DNA of 64,000 nt from Longimicrobiales bacterium. Its GTDB lineage: Bacteria > Gemmatimonadota > Gemmatimonadetes > Longimicrobiales > Gaopeijiaceae. Positions 60,735 to 64,000 of the stretch are shown here, piece after piece (within the stretch, counting starts at the first letter, position 1; every line of letters starts with the position of its first letter). The position numbers and the translations under genes were made by a program. The stretch is taken from NCBI GenBank assembly GCA_963664435.2, contig CAXXKM010000001.1, forward strand, positions 256,001 through 320,000, read 5' to 3'. The notes beneath the pieces were generated by a model. It was not told where the DNA came from. It searched no databases and saw only the letters and a program-made list of their open reading frames with translations.

Positions 60735-63203
60735 TCAATCGAATGTACCCCGAGTCCCGGTGTTCTCGCTATCGGCGAGCGCCAGGGCCTGCTTCATGCG
60801 GAAGGCGTCGCTCATCACCACTCCGATGATGAAGGACGACATCCGGTAGTCGTTGCGCTCGGCCTCCCTCGCGATGGCGCGCACGGCAGGCTGGTCCCGA
60901 TAGTCGATGCCCCGTCCCAGCGCATAGGCCATCAGGCTCTCGGTGAACTGCCGCACCAACGGAACGGGGCGCTTGAGCAGGACGCGCGAGAGGTCCGCCG
61001 GGGTCTCGATGTCCGTGCCGTCGTAGTAGGTGCTCCGGGTGTCGAGCGGGGTGCCCTCCTCGCGGATGCGCCACCTGCCGGTCACGTCGAAGTTGTCGAG
61101 CGCGAGCCCGATCGGATCGATCAGGTCGTGGCAGGACGAACAGTCGGGGCTCTCGCGGTGGGCCTCGAGCCGCTCGCGGGTCGTGAGCACCTTGCCGTCA
61201 CGGGCGCTCGCGGTCTCTTCCAGGTCCGGAATGCCGGGAGGCGGAGGCGGCGGGGGCGTCCCCAGCAGCACCTCCATCACCCACAGGCCGCGCAGCACGG
61301 GCGAGGTGCGGTTGCCGAGCGATGTCTGGACCAGCATGCTGCCGTGGCCCAGGAGCCCGCGCCGGCGATCGTCGGGATAGCTCACCCGCCGGAAAGCTTC
61401 GCCCCTTACCCCGTCGATGCCGTAGTGACGTGCCAGGCGCTCGTTTACGAAGGTGTAGTCGGCGCCGTAGAGCTCGAGCAGACTCCGGTCCTCGCGGATC
61501 AGGTTGTGGAAGAAGAGCTCGCTCTCCCGCCGCATCGCCTCGGCGACCTGCCGGCTGTAGTTCGGGAAGCGGAACGCGTCCGGACTCACCTTCTCGACGT
61601 CCTGCAGGCGGAGCCAGAGCGAAGCGAAGCGGGTGGCCAGCGCCTCCGAACGCGGATCCGCCAGCAGGCGGCGCGCCTGGGCCTCGAACCGGACAGGATC
61701 CGAGAGCGCCCCGTCCCGAGCCGCGGCCACCAGTGGGGCGTCCGGGCCGGTGCCCCAGAGGAAAAACGACAGGCGCGCGGCAAGGTCCTCGCCCGCAAGC
61801 GGATAAGTCTCGCCGGGCGCCACATCCTCGGGTTCCCGTTCCATGCGGAAGAGGAAGTGCGGGCTGGAGAGGATCGCTTCGAGCGCCGTGCGCACGCCGG
61901 CCTCGAAGCCTCCGTCCTCGGAACCCATCTCGTAGAAGACGAGGAGGTCGCTCACCTCGTTGTCGTCCACGTCGCGGCCGTAGGCTTCCGACGCCAGCCG
62001 GGACACAATCTCGTGAGCGCACGGTCGCTCTTCGGCGGCCGCGGTTGGCCGGCAGGAGAAGACCCGCCGCCGCGCATCGAAATCGGAAACGCCCGTGGTG
62101 TTGTGCGGTCCCTCCACCGTCAGGCTCATCATGTGCGGGAGCGACGTGGTTCCGTAGCTGGTCTCGGTGCCGGTCAGGGACCAGTCGTGGGGACGGATCA
62201 GGTCCTCGTAGGGGCCATCCATCCTGCGGATGAAGGCTGCGGAAAGGCGGTGCTCGCCCGCGCGCAGGGGAATGGGATCGGTCCGCACCGGGAACCCCTT
62301 GCGCCCCTGGAAGTCGATGTTGCCCCCGTAGCGCAGCAGCGCCACCCGCTCCCCGTTGACGGAGATGTCGATGTCGTGGCCGCGCTCGCCCCATCCCGAC
62401 ATGAAGCTCATCGAGAAGATGTACTCCCCGTCGGCGGGGAAGGAATGCAGGACACTCACCCCGCCGCGGGTGCCGAAGGGCGCGCCTTCGACCCGCTCCC
62501 ATTCGTGCTGGGAGACGGAGGGCGGGTTGTTGTAGGACACGGACGTGGTTGCCGCGTCGCGGTCCCCGATGGCGCGGCGCGCGATATCGCTGGCGGCGGA
62601 CAGGTAGGCGTCCATCAGCGTCGGGGTGAGCGTCTGGGCCTCGGCATTGTTGTCGAAGCTCTCGCTGATGCGGTCCGGCGGCAACCAGTCTTCCGGGTCG
62701 ACCGTGAGCCCCAGCAGGTCATGGATCACCCGTGCGTACTCGGCGCGGTTGAGGCGCTGGAAGGGGCGGGTGCCCGCGAAGGGCCGGGCGGCGGCGGCCT
62801 CGTCCACCACGTCCTCGAGGAACTGCGCCAGCGCCTGCAGGGTGTCGTCGGGGGGGCGTCGCTGACCCGGGGGCGGCATCATGCCCGCGCGCAGCTTGCG
62901 GATCATGCGCTCGGCGACCTCGGCGTTCTCGTCGGCGCGGGTGACGTCGAACCCTTCCAGCGACAGGTTTCCGCGCATCCGGCGCTCGCTGTGACAGCGG
63001 GTGCAGTAGCGCTCAACGACGTCCTCGACCGGAGCGGACCCCAGGTCGGCAGGGAGAACGTCATGGGCACCGCCGTATGCGGGATATGCGGCCGGGGCAG
63101 AACCATATGTGGCGTCGGACGGGCCGGCGGGCCCAGTCTCGCGCGCTCCTCCCGCAACCAGCACCACACCCCCCAGCGCAACCGCAGCGGCCAGAACCTT
63201 CAC
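60735..63203 (-). CDS. DUF1592-family (PSD/PSCyt) c-type cytochrome protein, copy 2
   Basis: Signal peptide, CTRCH, KLRAGMMPP, LAARLSFFLW, RTSPVLRG, CSSCH, LDNFDVTGRWR. Confidence 0.9.
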   Translation of the reverse strand: MKVLAAAVALGGVVLVAGGARETGPAGPSDATYGSAPAAYPAYGGAHDVLPADLGSAPVEDVVERYCTRCHSERRMRGNLSLEGFDVTRADENAEVAERMIRKLRAGMMPPPGQRRPPDDTLQALAQFLEDVVDEAAAARPFAGTRPFQRLNRAEYARVIHDLLGLTVDPEDWLPPDRISESFDNNAEAQTLTPTLMDAYLSAASDIARRAIGDRDAATTSVSYNNPPSVSQHEWERVEGAPFGTRGGVSVLHSFPADGEYIFSMSFMSGWGERGHDIDISVNGERVALLRYGGNIDFQGRKGFPVRTDPIPLRAGEHRLSAAFIRRMDGPYEDLIRPHDWSLTGTETSYGTTSLPHMMSLTVEGPHNTTGVSDFDARRRVFSCRPTAAAEERPCAHEIVSRLASEAYGRDVDDNEVSDLLVFYEMGSEDGGFEAGVRTALEAILSSPHFLFRMEREPEDVAPGETYPLAGEDLAARLSFFLWGTGPDAPLVAAARDGALSDPVRFEAQARRLLADPRSEALATRFASLWLRLQDVEKVSPDAFRFPNYSRQVAEAMRRESELFFHNLIREDRSLLELYGADYTFVNERLARHYGIDGVRGEAFRRVSYPDDRRRGLLGHGSMLVQTSLGNRTSPVLRGLWVMEVLLGTPPPPPPPGIPDLEETASARDGKVLTTRERLEAHRESPDCSSCHDLIDPIGLALDNFDVTGRWRIREEGTPLDTRSTYYDGTDIETPADLSRVLLKRPVPLVRQFTESLMAYALGRGIDYRDQPAVRAIAREAERNDYRMSSFIIGVVMSDAFRMKQALALADSENTGTRGTFD

Positions 63204-63497
63204 GGTACCTCCTTGCCGACCGGGCCGCGGTCATGCGGCCCTTCACCCAGGCTCATCGCAGGGTTCGGTGATCCAGACGATGTGCAACCCCTGAATATAA
63301 CGATGTGCCGCACCCGGGACAGCCCGCGCGGAACGCCCCCCCGGCAGCGCCCGCGACGGTGCATCAGCCCGCTTGCCGGGCTCTCCGGCAGCCTGTCTTA
63401 TTGCATGAAGGTCCCGACCGCGTGCGGCTGGCCGCCGACGTGTATTACGCGACGTCGAGAACTTCGTCAGCGCGCTGACGGCCGCTGGTGCCTTTCC

Positions 63498-63640
63498 GAC
63501 GCCTTCGATATGAGTTCGGGGGTCTTCGCCGGCCGGGTGGAAGCCTACCAGGTCGTGGACGTTACTGCAGGCTATCTACTTCCATTCCAAACGAATACGC
63601 GCCTTGAGTTAACAATCTACAACGCCCTCGGCGACCGATG
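63498..63640 (+). pseudogene. Remnant of a TonB-dependent receptor C-terminal barrel
   Basis: DAFDMSSGVFAGRVEAYQVVDVTAGYLLPFQTNTRLELTIYNALGD resembles the Y.v.D...gY....l.v.Nl.D pattern; no start or N-terminal part. Confidence 0.55.
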
Positions 63641-63805
63641 GGCGGAGGAAGGCGCGGTGACGCTGCGCAGAGTGGCGGACCGAATGCAGCTGCAGCGCGG
63701 CGGCGGCAGCGAGTTCTCCGCGCTGGCCGTGATCGTGCCCACCGGCTACGGTCATGTGCGCCCCGGGAGGTGGGTGTCAATACGATTGGAGCGCTGGGTC
63801 CATAG
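63641..63805 (+). pseudogene. Remnant of an AAA+/DUF4143 ATPase C-terminus, frameshifted
   Basis: AEEGAVTLRRVADRM...ALAVIVPTGYGHVRPG, then after a frameshift EVGVNTIGALGP*. Confidence 0.55.
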
Positions 63806-63901
63806 TGGCCGGGTGGGTCCGCAAAGGCCCAATGCCGGGTGGCTTCCAGCTGCAGGAGCGGATCTGATGACGAGTCTTTTCCAGTCACGGGAGCGGGTCT
63901 C

Positions 63902-64000
63902 ATGCTGAGTTATTTTCAGCTTCAGGAGCGTGGAACGACTGTCCGTACCGAGGTGCTGGCGGGATGCACCACCTTCCTCACCCTCGCGTACATCATCTTC
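63902..64000 (+). CDS. NCS2/AzgA-family purine permease, 5' part (runs off the right edge)
   Basis: [33 protein letters not shown]. Confidence 0.88.
   Translation, partial: MLSYFQLQERGTTVRTEVLAGCTTFLTLAYIIF

Noticed and set aside
63840..63901. Possible purine riboswitch or hammerhead (CTGATGA) upstream of the NCS2 permease
   Set aside because: No purine-riboswitch core or hammerhead GAAA/stem arrangement was recognisable. An Rfam scan would be decisive.

Overview
GC-rich bacterial chromosomal window, densely coding. The gene content resembles Gemmatimonadota (inference only). No rRNA, tRNA, CRISPR array or intact IS element was recognised. Housekeeping genes include pruA-proC, lepA, ltaE, mmuM, pfkA, mfd, two parvulin PPIases, a frameshifted pdxA, holB, moaC, an MltD-like transglycosylase and guaB. 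Accessory genes include a penicillin-acylase-family hydrolase, an S9 peptidase, a membrane-anchored MutS-like ATPase, kynureninase, a secreted glycoside hydrolase, a MazF/RHH toxin-antitoxin pair, and two paralogous DUF1592 cytochrome c / ankyrin clusters. Main items the ORF track misses or does not explain: (1) an ArsC-family selenoprotein (U-x-x-C, in-frame TGA plus SECIS-like hairpin) heading a ~11.7-kb minus-strand gene run and overlapping mmuM; (2) a STAS-GHKL kinase plus STAS-winged-helix pair (CapK/CapS-like architecture) inside that housekeeping run; (3) a probable CTG start codon; (4) recurrent mini-ORFs bridging stop and start codons, including a leaderless G-rich uORF coupled to guaB; (5) a DUF1499-cytochrome P450 fusion; (6) a SusC-type N-terminal domain fused to an ankyrin protein where the sister cluster has DUF1552; (7) a class IV aminotransferase homologue lacking the Schiff-base lysine; (8) a chimeric pseudogene scar near the right end. 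All family assignments come from motif recognition, not database searches.
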